A DNA stretch of 64,000 nucleotides from Octopus vulgaris. Taxonomy: Eukaryota. Positions 1 through 12,974 of the stretch are shown here, piece after piece. The stretch spans positions 62,868,001-62,932,000 of the forward strand of contig OX597820.1 of the NCBI GenBank assembly GCA_951406725.2. Direction: 5' to 3'. Each line of letters begins with the position of its first letter. Position 1 is the stretch's first letter. Both the position numbers and the translations under genes were made by a program. The notes under the pieces were generated by a model. That model saw only the letters and a program-made list of their open reading frames with translations. It had not been told where the DNA came from and searched no databases.

Positions 1-160
1 CCCGTACATTAGCGGTTCGGCAAAAGTGACCGATGGAATAAGTACTAGACTTACAAAGGTTAAGTCCCATGGTCAATTTGGTCGGCTAAAAAAGGCAGTG
101 CTCAAGCATGGCCACAGTCAAATGACTAAAACAAGTGAAACAAGTGAAAGAGTAAAGAGT
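1..160 (+). mobile_element. SINE family A, 3' portion (cut by window start)
   Basis: Reverse complement of the 1325-1475 segment (agcggttcggcaaaag-gaccgat-gaataagtact...aaacaagt-aaagagtaaagag); followed by (TA)n/(TG)n. Confidence 0.85.
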
Positions 161-161
161 G

Positions 162-235
<74 letters not shown>

Positions 236-469
236 CGTGCGTGCGTTTGTATGTATGTATGTACGTATGTATGCACGTATGAAAGTCTGTGTGATATACA
301 ACACCATTAAATTCCATACCGCATTATGGTGGAATAGTTCTGTAATTACTTGTATTGACACTGATTATGAAGAACCTCTCACCTCATCATTAATTAATCA
401 GAATCTATAAAACGAAACTACATTATCAATATTCCACGAACATTTCTAATCCACATACATTTCCTATAA

Positions 470-582
470 CTGCAGCTGCTGTTGTTGTTGTTGTCACTAC
501 TGCTGTTGCTGCTGTAGTTGCTGTTGTCGCTTCTGCTGCTGCTGCTACTACTACTACAACTACTACAACTAATACAACAACA

Positions 583-637
<55 letters not shown>

Positions 638-975
638 GTGTTGCTGCTGCTACTGCTATTACTACTACTAAGGATAAGAATAATATCAATAGTAATGATA
701 AAGATGATAATTAAAATATCAATAATTACCGAATTAATAACAAAGAAGAACGACGGTAATAATAATAATAGTAATAATAATAATAATAATGATAATAATA
801 ATAACAATAATAATAATAATAATAATAATATCAATAATGATAGTAATTACAATGATAATAATAATAATTGTGATAATGATGATGATGATAATGATGATGG
901 TAATGATGGTGTTGACGATGATGATGGTGATAATTATGAGGATGAGGAGGGGGTGAGGATGACGGTGGTGGTGAC
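470..975. repeat. Compound trinucleotide microsatellite (GCT/CTA/AAT/GAT)n
   Basis: Directly visible; the source of the poly-L/S/N/I ORFs in the track. Confidence 0.95.
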
Positions 976-1324
976 GATAATGAAAATAGATGAGAAATGA
1001 AGAAATTAGCATAAACCTTATACCACATGCTAGATCCATAATAACCAACGAAGATCATGATATCAAGAGGAAAAATTCTTCAGTATCCTGGATTGGTAAT
1101 GTCCTGCAATTCTTCGTTGAAGCAAATCAAATGATGTTAATCGTGTGAGTGGAGGAAAAAAAAACTTCAATGAACTATTAAGCCAGCTAGAATTAACACG
1201 TGATCAGATGCTAAAGTAGGAACATGCACTGGTTACTAAAAACAGTATTATTTGAACTCCAAAACATTCGAGAACGATGACATACTTGTCAATCACATAC
1301 TCCCGCCACATACACACCTTACAA

Positions 1325-1736
1325 GCTCTTTTACTCTTTTACTTGTTTCAGTCATTTGATTGCAGACATGGTGGAGCACCACCTTTAGTTGAAGAAATCG
1401 ACCCCAGGACTTATTCTTTGTAAGCCTAGTACTTATTCCATCGGTCTCTTTTGCCGAAGCGCTAAGTTACGGGGAGATAAACATACCAGCATCGGTTGTC
1501 AAGCGATGCTAGGGGGAAAAACACAGACACACAAACGTATACACTCACATGCATATGTATATATACATATATACGACGGGAATCTTTCTGTTTCCATCTA
1601 CCAAATCCACTCACAAGGCTTCGGGCGGCCCGAGCCTATAGTAGAAGACACTTGCCTAAGGTGTCACGCAGTGGGATTGAACCCGGAACCATGTGGTTGG
1701 TAAGCAAACCACTTACCACAGAGCCACTCCTACACC
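1325..1736 (-). mobile_element. tRNA-derived SINE family A, full length
   Basis: Minus strand begins with a tRNA-like head carrying an A box (TGGCTCTGTGG) and B box (GGTTCAATCCC), has an internal (TA)/(CA) tract, and closely matches copies at 25711, 28738/29890, 43425 and 63328. Confidence 0.9.
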
Positions 1737-2351
1737 TATCAAGATAACAATATACAACAGCCACTGAGATTTCTGGAAGAGACCAGCTACCGCTGAACCA
1801 AGATTTTATAAAATACAGAAGAAGATGGACTAAAAATTATATATGTCTTAGATTGAAAATTCATAAGACGAAATGATTTTATTATTCAATCGTAAGTACC
1901 GAGGAAGGTCAGTCTGCACTAACAAAGCATTTCGAACGTTAAAATAAAGATTATTCACGTCATAACGTAAAATAAAAAAAAAAAACTCTGATGTTATTAC
2001 AAAGTAATGAGAAAACTATCATGGTCTACCCTATAGCCATAACAAAAAGTTTCTTCCAAAGAAACGCAATTAGCTATCACGCAGCATGATTGAATGACAG
2101 TGATCGCCTTCTGAAAACTGTTGAACGAAACCCCTGGGGGTAGTAAACTGTAAACAGTTAATGAGTTGGAAGATATCGAGATATTTGTAATGGGTTGTAT
2201 CGAACCGGAATGGCTGGACAAAACTAGCATCATGTTATGCAATATATCATAATGAGTGTGACGTTACAAAGATGTGTCGAATCTATGATCAGAGTTACAT
2301 TTTAACTAGGAATATAAACGTTGATATCTATTCTAAATTTAGAGTATCAGA

Positions 2352-2587
2352 CTAGCTGTTTTGACCCGTGCTTCGCTCGGGTTTTGGTGGTGATGGCAAA
2401 AAAAACGGTAGCCGCGAGCTACTTGCAACCCTCCTCACACCATTGTCCACCCCATTTTACTCCCAGTGTAAATTTTGGGCGCCAATCCGACCCTATCTAC
2501 CGCCCCTTAAACCGTTCCCATCCCAAAATGTGACAAATAACCAAGAAATCAAACAACTTTTTCGCATTTCAGCTTTATAGATACTGA
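2352..2587 (-). mobile_element. Short non-autonomous Helitron
   Basis: Minus strand reads A|TC...hairpin ACCCGAGC-GAA-GCACGGGT...CTAG|T: canonical 5' TC, subterminal hairpin a few nt before the 3' CTAG, insertion between A and T, no TSD. Confidence 0.75.
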
Positions 2588-5500
2588 TAAGGATCACTCA
2601 AACCATGCAATTGAATAACCGAAAGGAAGAAGAAAACTACGAAATAGTGCTGCGTATAAAATATATAATAGCTATTCAAACGTCGGATGGCATTAATTGA
2701 AATATCTTGTCTCTGAGAAACTTCTCTTGGGAGGCTTTCTGCGTACAAATACAGAGCTTACTCATGTTTTTCTCAAACACTGGTGTTTCGTCAGAATTTC
2801 TTATTTTTCGTGATGACTCAGTTTTTTTTTTAATACACAATGTCTCTTAAAGTAATGTTTCTCTGAGACAAAGTATTACAGCACGTGAACTTTTGCATTT
2901 GTATACAGATTATAAATGTTAAACACATTTTCACATACCTTAAACTGATGCTGTTTTAGCTGCATATATTGTATAACGTATAACCAGGCCAACTTTGAGA
3001 CAAATAGTGCAGGTTTTATTTTCTGATTTCTATGTTAGAACGAGTATTTCAACTGAGCTCAAAATGCTTGTGGGTTGTTCCTTAACCAAAAGACCAAATC
3101 CTATCGAAAAACTGGTCTATGACAAGCTGCCGACACTATTTTCAACAAGTCTGTTTTTAACACTCTGAAAAGAAATTTCTCTTAGACATCCTACTTCTAG
3201 ATATTATTCACTTCCTGTGCGTTCATTGATGGGAAGTTATATTTACGTATTTAAGAAACATCAGGTCACTAACAAAAGCTGAACTCAGTTCTACAAATAG
3301 ATGTTTTAAATAGGCGTCACTTGCCATACTAGTTACAAATTACAATTTCACGCACTGTATTTGATTGAGACTGGGAAGATAAAGGCAAAGCTTAATTTGG
3401 CATATTACGTAACAGAACAAATCCCGTCCAATGTTCCGGGATACGGTCCGATGTCATACATTTTCCACTACATGCATCAAGCTCGAAGCGCACTGCCATG
3501 TCACGAGTCCGAAATCTATTTGTAACAAGGCATTTGTGGGCGTGCTTATAATTACACTGTACCGTTTTCTACCAGAATAATTCCCGGTTCTGTTGGAATC
3601 TGTAGTAGACTACCGGTGAGAGGTCACGAAACATGTCCGGTATATGACCATAAATCGTACAGTTCAAACCATCAAATTCAACGATTTGCCTTCGCATAAC
3701 CGTACATTACGTATCATATCTCAATTTGTAGCATCTACGTGGCCTCTGGCAGGAGACGGGCTGCTGAATAATTGTCATTTTCTATATAGCTCAAAATTAA
3801 CTGATCACTGCTGTGGTCTTCAACAAAATTTTATGAATTGTAGTTGAATGTATTCAACAAACATCTGCTCTTTACTCCCGAGGATATTTATCTCCTTTTT
3901 TTTGTCAGCAGCACAATAATTTCTCTTTCCTAGTTTGGTTCTGAACCTATTCATCAAAAAATAATTTGTGGTTGGTGAAACATCCTTAACGTGTGACATA
4001 TTGAATCAAACTCTGAACAATGAGATATCTTAAGATCGAGTTCTGCAATGAAAAATGTATTTACGTGTCCCCAACATGCTAATGTCAATGCAGGGGGCAA
4101 ATTTATGAAATATAAATCTTTAATTATATAATAATATATCATATGAAACACACAAACACATGCGAGCGCGCTTTCAAATTATAGATGGTGGTATAGTAAC
4201 GTTTTTTCTACACTAAATCGTCTTAATGTTGCATTTTATTGAAGTCGAATTACGAATTCTAATCAGTAGTAACGAACATTCATTGAGTTAGTTACAAAGA
4301 AGGAATGCAGGCTCATCGACACCAATTGAGGGTTACAGGTTGCTTGTTGAGATGACATTATTGACAAAAGCAATGTGCACAAATCAGGAAGAAATTTTAA
4401 AATTAGGAAAAAAGCATTGAAGGAAACCTTGAAGTGAGAGACCACCAACTGCGACCATTGATATGATTCAGCAGAGAGCAAATGAATTCATTTGGATGGA
4501 CAGAAATCTAAAACTTAAGGAGTTTTGACCTATTGAATATTGGTTAAAATATATCAGAAATGTAAGCAAATTGTATAACTTGGCAGTTGATACCGAATTT
4601 CAAGAAGGCGGGTGTAGAAATTGGCTATCATTCATTACAAGGACTTGAAACCAATGAAGTTATGAATTTTTTTCCATCCTGGTGACAATATATGGAATGT
4701 TGGCATAACTCAGTGATCCATAACAGAAGGCTCAGTTCACGGAATGGCGTCACACCAGTGCAAGAGAAATGAAATGTGCTTAGGTTGAGGACGACTAGAA
4801 TGATATATTTGTGTTTTTTGACACAGCTTCGGTGTGGTGCAATTGAACCTCTATCAGTTCGGTCAGATGGAGAACATTCTTCAGAGTTAGCGATTTGCTG
4901 ATACAAGGAAGGGTAATTTGGCCTTGACGACATTTGTACAACTGTGCACAACTGAAATCTTTCAAATAGAATTCGAGAATCCGTTTCAGGATGGCGCAAA
5001 TGCATAGCTTGTGATAGAGATGATGTTCAGTAACACAACTGTATAGAGAAAGAGTTACTCTAGCAACATGCACAATTGGAACAACTTCTGTTAGCTAATA
5101 AAAAATTCATGTCCGCTTTTCCATTACTTTCGGTAGAATTCTCGCGTATAATCACGCGTAACAAATCGCATGTATACTTGAATTGTATGTTCAAATATAT
5201 TAAACCAACGGGAAACAATTTCGCACAATGACTACACACAAGCATAGGAAACACAATGATAAACAAAATATTACCATAGATACACAAGCATCAACAGAAC
5301 AGTAAAGAAGAAAAGGGAACATTGCCACATACACACATACATACTCATACAAAAATATTACAAACAAGATCCATCACATGTACACTTATACTTTTCATAT
5401 GAAGGGAACTATCTCACAAAAACACATAGCAGCATTTACATATTCATAATCATTATCAGTCTGAAAGCAAATGATTTTCGTGTTATAACTTTCTGTCATA

Positions 5501-5920
5501 TCTAATGTTATATCTTGATTACTTATGACCCAATCAACAAGGGAGCCAATCACTAAAATTGCCTGTTAGGGAAAACACGCCATCAGAAAAATTGCAATTT
5601 TAATTGTTGTCAACAATGAAGTATCACTAATGTTGAGAAATAAATATGCGCGCGCGTGTATGTGTGTGTGCGTGCCCGATGTGTATGTGTGCATGTGTGT
5701 GTATATGTGTATGTGAATGCATGTATATTTGAATGCATGTGTGTAGTTATCCTTACAAACTTACACATGTGAACTGCTGTGTATGTGCGTTTCTCTTGGC
5801 ATGCGTCTCTTCGTTTTTGCGTGTATGAATATATGTATATAAATATATATAGGCACAAGCATGTATGTATGTATATATATATATATATATTCTCCATACG
5901 TGTGTATATAAATGTATAAC

Positions 5921-6208
5921 ATGGCTGACAAAGAAGACACCGAGAATTCTCCTGCCCAGGATATAGTCGTCACCAAATATAAAATGGTTGGCGACATGGT
6001 AAATAGAATCCGAAAACTTGTCATTGGAGGATGTAAAGCTGGTAAATCTGTCATCCTAATTTGCAAATTTGGAGATGAATTATTGCTTGAAGAAACATCT
6101 AAAGTATTCAATAATGATAAAAACATGAAAAATGGTTTGCTATTTCCTACTTGCATATCCATCAACAACTGTGTGTGTCATTTCGCACCCTTGGAAAGCG
6201 AATCAGAG
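5921..6208 (+). pseudogene. PA2G4: Intronless N-terminal fragment of proliferation-associated protein 2G4 (EBP1)
   Basis: MADKEDTENSPAQDIVVTKYKMVGDMVNR...EETSKVFNNDKNMKNGLLFPTCISINNCVCHFAPLES matches the PA2G4 N-terminus (VVTKYKMGGD...EETGKIF...[20 protein letters not shown]). Homology stops abruptly at a (TA)n tract after about 96 codons. Confidence 0.85.
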
Positions 6209-8349
6209 ATTATATATATATATATAGATCCACTCTCAAGTCAACAGGTGGAAGGCCGCATTCTCCATCTGTATCGCAGCCCCGTGGAACAAGCTACCAC
6301 AGCTTCTGGACATCTGTGGCGACTATGTATAAAACTGTATATAACAATAATCATTTTTTTACATGGCTAAACATATTGTGCTCTTCTGCCAATAAATTTG
6401 ATTTGATTCGATAAATATACCTATATTCATAAGCCTAAATATATGTGTGTTTGTGCATATGTATATTTAGATAGAAAGGTATGCATATACATATATATGT
6501 ACATATATGAGTGTGTGTCTGTGTGTGTGTTCGCCCAATAGTGTTTAAGTATCACTACTTGCCGAAGGGAAAAAGAGCAATGTTTCATGAAGTTTATTGC
6601 CTCAATGTAACAGCTAAACTGCTGTGTCAATTTGAAAGCATGAAAACCGCAATCCTTGAAAATAAGATGGAAAAATATACATTAATCAATGCAAATCATA
6701 CCATAACGTAAAAGCTAATGTCATGACTTAACTGGTGGTGACTACATCGAAGATTTCGAAAATATATTTCAACAGCTAAAGGTTCAAAGACCCATAGATT
6801 TTACTATCTTCGCAAAAAGACAAAGAAATGTTTGCAAGGCCGTTGCACCTTTCTCCTATCAGCTATCCCCGCAGAAACCAAAATTGCGTCCAAATTTGCC
6901 ATCTTGTCACCCACCAACACTAAAAACAGGGACTCCAATGGAAACTTCTAGAGGTCCGAGGAAATTAGATATCTGACATTCCAGGTTCAAAACAATGGTC
7001 GATATCAATAGATCCTGAACCTTCCGAAATAAAAAAAAGCAACAGTTCCACCACTCAGTGGCGGTCGACTTGGTGGTACGTAGAACTCGTAGCCACCGAA
7101 AATAGGCATGAATTCTTAAAGCTCTGAAATTCTTGCCTCGCAGATGACCAACGCAGCTATATCTAGTGGCATGGTGTCAGTGTGCAAGTGGCTCTACTTC
7201 CAAGGTGACTCAGGCTACGTGAATTTACATTGCCTACTCTGTATAAGGTTAAATTCGTCATAATGTGTTTGAGATTGTGTTTTACTTGAATCACACACCT
7301 TTTCATATCAATGAATATTAAAGTAACATCCTTTTTGTTTTGGAGAGTAGGATTTCTCTGGGCCCAGACTTCCGAAATTCTAGACATGTTCACAAAAATT
7401 TCACAAAAATTCTCTCAGGTCAGATGTTCCTAAAACATAGTTCAGCTTCTTCAGCATATGTACGCACAGATATGTATCTTTTTGACGATACAGAATTGTT
7501 TCTATTTCTGTTTGGTCTAAAACGCGATGAATTATACTGAGCTTTTCATTTTCTTTCTGCTTTAGTCTGTTGATGTATATTTCTCCGCCGCTGTTAAATG
7601 TTCCTGCTTATTATTTAGTAGGATGATATCGAACACTTTTATGATCTTGACACAATAAATATTTATTACTCTGTTATCACTGCTGATGCTGTTGCTGGTG
7701 TCGCTAGTATCATAATTTTCGCAACCATTATTGTTTTTTATTGGAGTGTTGTAGCTGTTGTTCGTTATGGTAGCAATTCACGATTTGTTTCTGTTGGTGA
7801 CTTTACGAGCCGCTTTGCTTGCTATGACAATATTTTTGCTGCTAGATATGTTGTATCTGTTGTTATATTTGTTACCTTTAATGTTATACTGTTGTTATAA
7901 CCTCCTCCCATCATATGACTAGTCAACAAGGATGACGCCCTTTTGATATATTTTCATTTTTTTTTCAGAATATTTTCTTTCAGAATATGTTCTTTCATTT
8001 AATATGTCGTACCGTAGAACGAGTAAGGAAAACGGTTGGTAACTGCTCTCTGATTATTGTCAGCGAAGAAACAAGGCAACTGAATAAAACTAGCATACGA
8101 TTTTAAACCGCAAAACAAGACACAAAGACACGCAACTTCCGAAACAAGAGTGGCTACGTGGATAGGTAATATCAACAATAAAAAGGTCAACAGCAACATT
8201 CTTCTTCTTCTTCTTCATCTTCTCCTTCCCCTTCTCCTCCTCCTCCTCCTCCTCCTCTTGTTCTTATCCTCCTCCTCCTCCTTCTTCTCTCCAGTTCTCT
8301 CCTCCTCCTTCTTCTTCATTTTCTCCTTTAAAAAAATTTTTCATTAACA

Positions 8350-8535
8350 CAGCGAGCTAGCAGATTCGTTGGCACGTCGGGCAAAATGCTTAACTGTATT
8401 CCGTCCGTCTTTACATTCTGAGTTCAAATTCCGCTGAGATCGACTTAGCCTTTCATGCTTTCAGATTCCATGAAATAACCACTTGAGCAGTGGGGTCGTT
8501 ATAATGCACTATTCAGGCCTAGTGCTTATAGTAGA
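8350..8535 (+). mobile_element. tRNA-derived SINE family C
   Basis: gcgagctagcagattcgttggcac...gagttcaaattccgc (A/B boxes), then gcctttcat...ggggtcg; reverse complement of copies at 9778, 23128, 26545 and 53870. Confidence 0.8.
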
Positions 8536-8539
8536 AAGG

Positions 8540-8602
<63 letters not shown>

Positions 8603-8668
8603 GTTGTTGTTGTTGTTGGTATTGTTATTGTTATCATCATCATCATCATCATTATTATTATCATTATC

Positions 8669-8702
<34 letters not shown>

Positions 8703-8705
<3 letters not shown>

Positions 8706-9090
8706 AATGTTTGGCTTTTTCTTTGCATTTGTACAAGTTGGCTTCAAGTTTCATTAAGAGACCTCAAGAAACAAGTTAAGAGTTCAAGAGAAGCGAAAGG
8801 TCGGCGGGAGCTTTCTTAGAGAAGCAGAGGGTCGGCGGGCGCTTTCTGTCTTCTCCCATCCCTATCATCTTATATCGTTATCATTCGCCCCATCAACGCT
8901 TGTCCAGCCAGCAAAGCTGCTCATATTTGTACTGCCTTTATAGCAAATAAAATGAACAAAATTTAGAAGTTCAAGTTGGTGTTATGCCTAGGGTGCCATA
9001 ATTTTAGCTTTGCACAGGGTATTGTTCAAGGGAATGTCTGTCCAATCATAAGTAAATTAGAAGTTTGTTTTAAAAGTAATTTGATTATAA
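8703..9090 (-). mobile_element. 3' UTR fragment of an R4/Dong-type LINE, interrupted by an insertion at 8789-8962
   Basis: Minus strand aligns with 23460-23660 (aaaacaaactt...atggcaccctaggcataacac...cttgaggtctct...agccaact) and ends in a long (TAA)n tract at 8541-8703. Confidence 0.75.
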
Positions 9091-9469
9091 GATAATAGTG
9101 TGATGTCAAGATGACTGTAAAAAGTTTTTGCTATCATGTACATTGAACAGTACTTTTGAGAAATGCATACATATTAAAATACTTTAAAAATCACATACAC
9201 AGTGTTTTTCGTAGGATGTGAGAAGTTCTCATGCACATTTTAAAATAATCCCTTTTTCGATATCGTGGCATCTGATATAGGGAGTAATCAGCCCCTTAGA
9301 TACACTTATGTAGGTTGTGTCACTCATCCCGATGAAGACGTTTGATTTTTATCTCAAATCAATCAATATAATGTTTGGCCTATTTACATCTATCTTTCTG
9401 TCAATTTGAACTGTAAGGAGGAGAACAGTCGATTACATGGACCCAATAACTCGACTTGTTTCATAATAA

Positions 9470-9775
9470 CAAAAGCAAGAAATACGTCGATAAATATATC
9501 AGAGAAATTACAATTGAAATGAAAGCAGAGCAAGTCCAAAAAACTGCTCTACTGAGGAGAGCTAAGATTTTGAGATTGATATTGGATGTTGAATCTCTTC
9601 CACGATAATTAACAACCAAGTATCAAAGCTTATTATTTGCGGAGAGGGACCTCGTGAGACCTCTGACAACAGGCTGCCATCCGCTCTTGCAGAATCAACG
9701 AGTAGCTATGATGGTTATATTGAGTTTCGTATATTGAGTTTCGACAACAACAACGACAACAACAATAATAATAAT
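9470..9775 (+). mobile_element. 3' end fragment of an R4/Dong-type LINE
   Basis: Translates KYVDKYIREITIEMKAEQVQKTALLRRAKILRLILD, the RLE C-terminal QKxALLGxAxILR motif; similar to 23070-23120; ends in (AAC/AAT)n. Confidence 0.65.
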
Positions 9776-9777
9776 AG

Positions 9778-9955
9778 TCCTTTCTAGAAGGCCTGAAATC
9801 CGAAGGAAATCCGATTACATGGTACTTAATTTATCGACCCCGATAGGATGAAGGGCAAAATTCGCTTCGGTTGTATTTGAACTCAGAATGTACGGACAGT
9901 CCAAATGCCGTTAAGCATTTTGTCCCGTGTGCTAACGATTCTGCCACCTCGATGT
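9778..9955 (-). mobile_element. SINE family C, diverged copy
   Basis: ggtacttaatttatcgaccccgataggatgaagggcaaa...tttgaactcagaa...gtgctaacgattctgcca matches 53960-54100. Confidence 0.8.
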
Positions 9956-9968
9956 CTCAGTGATAAGG

Positions 9969-10005
<37 letters not shown>

Positions 10006-10609
10006 TAATAATAATAATAATAATAATAATGATGATAATAATAATAATAATAATAGGAAAAGACGTGAATAAAACTAAGTACTATCTGTGTCAATATACT
10101 AAACATACATTTGGACTAGGTTGTGCAGTGAAACAAAATAATAAAAATTACTGAAATATGAAAATATTAAGAAGAAATGGCGAAAGGAATAAAATATGAA
10201 ATAAGTTCCAAAACAAATATGAAGTTGATAAAAATGATAGAGGAAACTCGAAAACAAAACAAAACAAAACAAAAAAAAATACCGATACCAAATAAACTCA
10301 ACTCTATAACATCGAATACAGAGTAGAACTGAGCGATAAACATAACTTTGAACTAGCAGTGCAGAGGCAGTACGGTAGTCTATAACTGCAATAAAACAAT
10401 AGCAATGAAGACATAAATGAGTTGTAATTTGCTACGAATCTTATCACTCATGATGTCTTTGTCAGCAGGTGGAGAATGTAAAACTAGAATAAAAGCCGTT
10501 CTGGTTGGATAATTAAATTGGTTGTACGAGACATAGACAGATAGAATTGTGAATATTAGGTGATTAAGAGTAAATAGGTCGGAATTAATACGACATTAGT
10601 ACGTATACG

Positions 10610-10611
<2 letters not shown>

Positions 10612-10674
<63 letters not shown>

Positions 10675-11396
10675 ATACATGTATATATATATATATATAC
10701 ACATATATATATATATATGTATATACATATGTATATATATGTATATATATAGATATATATATATAGATATGTATATATATGTATATATATATGTGAATAT
10801 ATGTATATATATGTGTATATATATATGTGTATATATGTATATATATATATATGTATATGTGTATATATATGTATATATATGTATGTGTATATATGTATAT
10901 ATATGTATATATATATACATATATATATACATATATATATACACATCTATATATACACATCTATATATACACATATATATACATATATATATATACATAC
11001 ATATATATATACATATATATATTAATATGTATATATATATACATATACTTATATATGTATATATATATATATATATAAATATACACACACACATATGTAC
11101 TCAGGCTCACACAGTTTGGTAAAAATCGAGAGTAACACTCAAATACGTCGTATGAAATATATTCTACATACACACGCATGAATGTATGTATGTATTTGCG
11201 TACACACGCAGACATATAGACAGGGAGAGATATATATACACATGCATACATTTAAACACACCCACATTCATACTAACAAATACACGTATAATATATTTTG
11301 CTGTTGCATTTCTCTATTACTATCGACTTACACTAACGTATATCCTGAGTCATATACATATGAATGTATATGGATATAAACTTTCTACTACGCACG

Positions 11397-11464
<68 letters not shown>

Positions 11465-11550
11465 GTATATATATATGTATATATATATATATTTATGCAT
11501 ATATATAAATGGGTATATATATGTATATATATAAATGTGTATATATATAA

Positions 11551-11605
<55 letters not shown>
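10612..11605. repeat. Long degenerate (TA)n/(TATG)n microsatellite region
   Basis: Directly visible; produces the YIYI ORFs. Confidence 0.95.
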
Positions 11606-11609
<4 letters not shown>

Positions 11610-12032
11610 CCAACTACCTTACATATATCTAAGAGAACGGAAAATAAAATATAAATAAACAACAAAGAAATAGGAAAAAATTGGAAAAATGAAATAACAT
11701 ACGTGAAAAAGAATGAATCGATTATGTTAGGTAAAGATAGAGGAAGATGAAATGTCTATTGTTGATAATAATTCCTTTCTAACGGCCACCAGCTGTCTGA
11801 TTATACCAATGATTTTCAATGGAATTGCCGCAGTACTTTCACTGGTTTGGTTGTTAGCCGCCCATAGTGCATGGTGAAAATGGTGAGATTGTTAGATTTG
11901 TAATATCTACTTATAAGAGATAGCCTTTGAACAAGAGGACAGTAAAAAAAAAACAATAGGAAACAACGCTACCCAGACACAAATATCAGTTACTATGAAA
12001 GAAGTGTTCTAGGAAGAAATTGCTTAAATGTG

Positions 12033-12072
<40 letters not shown>

Positions 12073-12196
12073 GAGTGTCTGTGTGGGTGTGTTTACATGT
12101 TAATACATGTACACACACACACTCATATGACTAGGCAGATGAAGAGACGGAAGTCGAAACGTGTGGCCATATCTTAAGGGGCTATGTAATACAGAA

Positions 12197-12278
<82 letters not shown>

Positions 12279-12974
12279 CATATATTTATAGCGTGGTGTG
12301 TGTGTGTGTGTGTGTGTGTGTGTAAGTTTTGTATGTATATTCACATACATACTGTGCATTTTATGATAATCCGTAGTGTGTGGTCAGATATTTTACTCTC
12401 GTCTCTTTTATCTGCTTAGCTATATCATCCGTAGATAATAAACTGAATATATCTAATCAGTAACAGTGCATTCATTATTTATTGTGTGTTATTGTTACTC
12501 TCAGGCGTTCGATGCTCCACTCCCATTTCCTTTTCATCTATTCTCTTACCCCTCATTCTGTACACCAACATTTTCTAACACACTCTGAGACATATGTCTA
12601 TATAAATATACCGCTGAGTTAGAGGAGGAACAAATAAGGAATGAGATACTGACCGGGTGATCGTAATAGTACACAATATACAATGGATTTTATTCAGGCA
12701 AAATAACCTCTATCACTTATCCTGTAAATTACAATTCTATACGAAACTTTCTGTTAAAGGAACTAAAGGATTGTTTTTATAATTCATAGGTAGAATATCT
12801 TGTTAGTTATGGAAAGCTAACTGGAGAAAAATTGCGTTGTCTAAAAACGTTTAAGACTAGGTCTAAGATTTATATTTCCCCCCAAATCCGGGTGACATGT
12901 CCAAACATATTTCTGTTTAATAAACTCTCATCAGTGAATTATAGGTTTCGCCATATTTGATGATGTAGTAATAC

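Noticed and set aside
26-1058. Many ORFs with poly-L/S/N/I/V or YI/HT/CV repeats, here and throughout the window
   Set aside because: They are translations of di- and trinucleotide microsatellites with no domain content.
2755-2800. Minus-strand CTGACGA followed by hairpin AACAC/GTGTT
   Set aside because: Followed by GAGA rather than GAAA, and no stem III or stem I pairing.
3400-5250. Higher-complexity stretch with short ORFs, possibly an old retroelement
   Set aside because: No ordered protein motifs could be recognised by eye.
7230-7400. VTLIFIDMKR on the minus strand, resembling a LINE RT motif (FxDxxKAFD)
   Set aside because: Single weak motif with no supporting neighbours.
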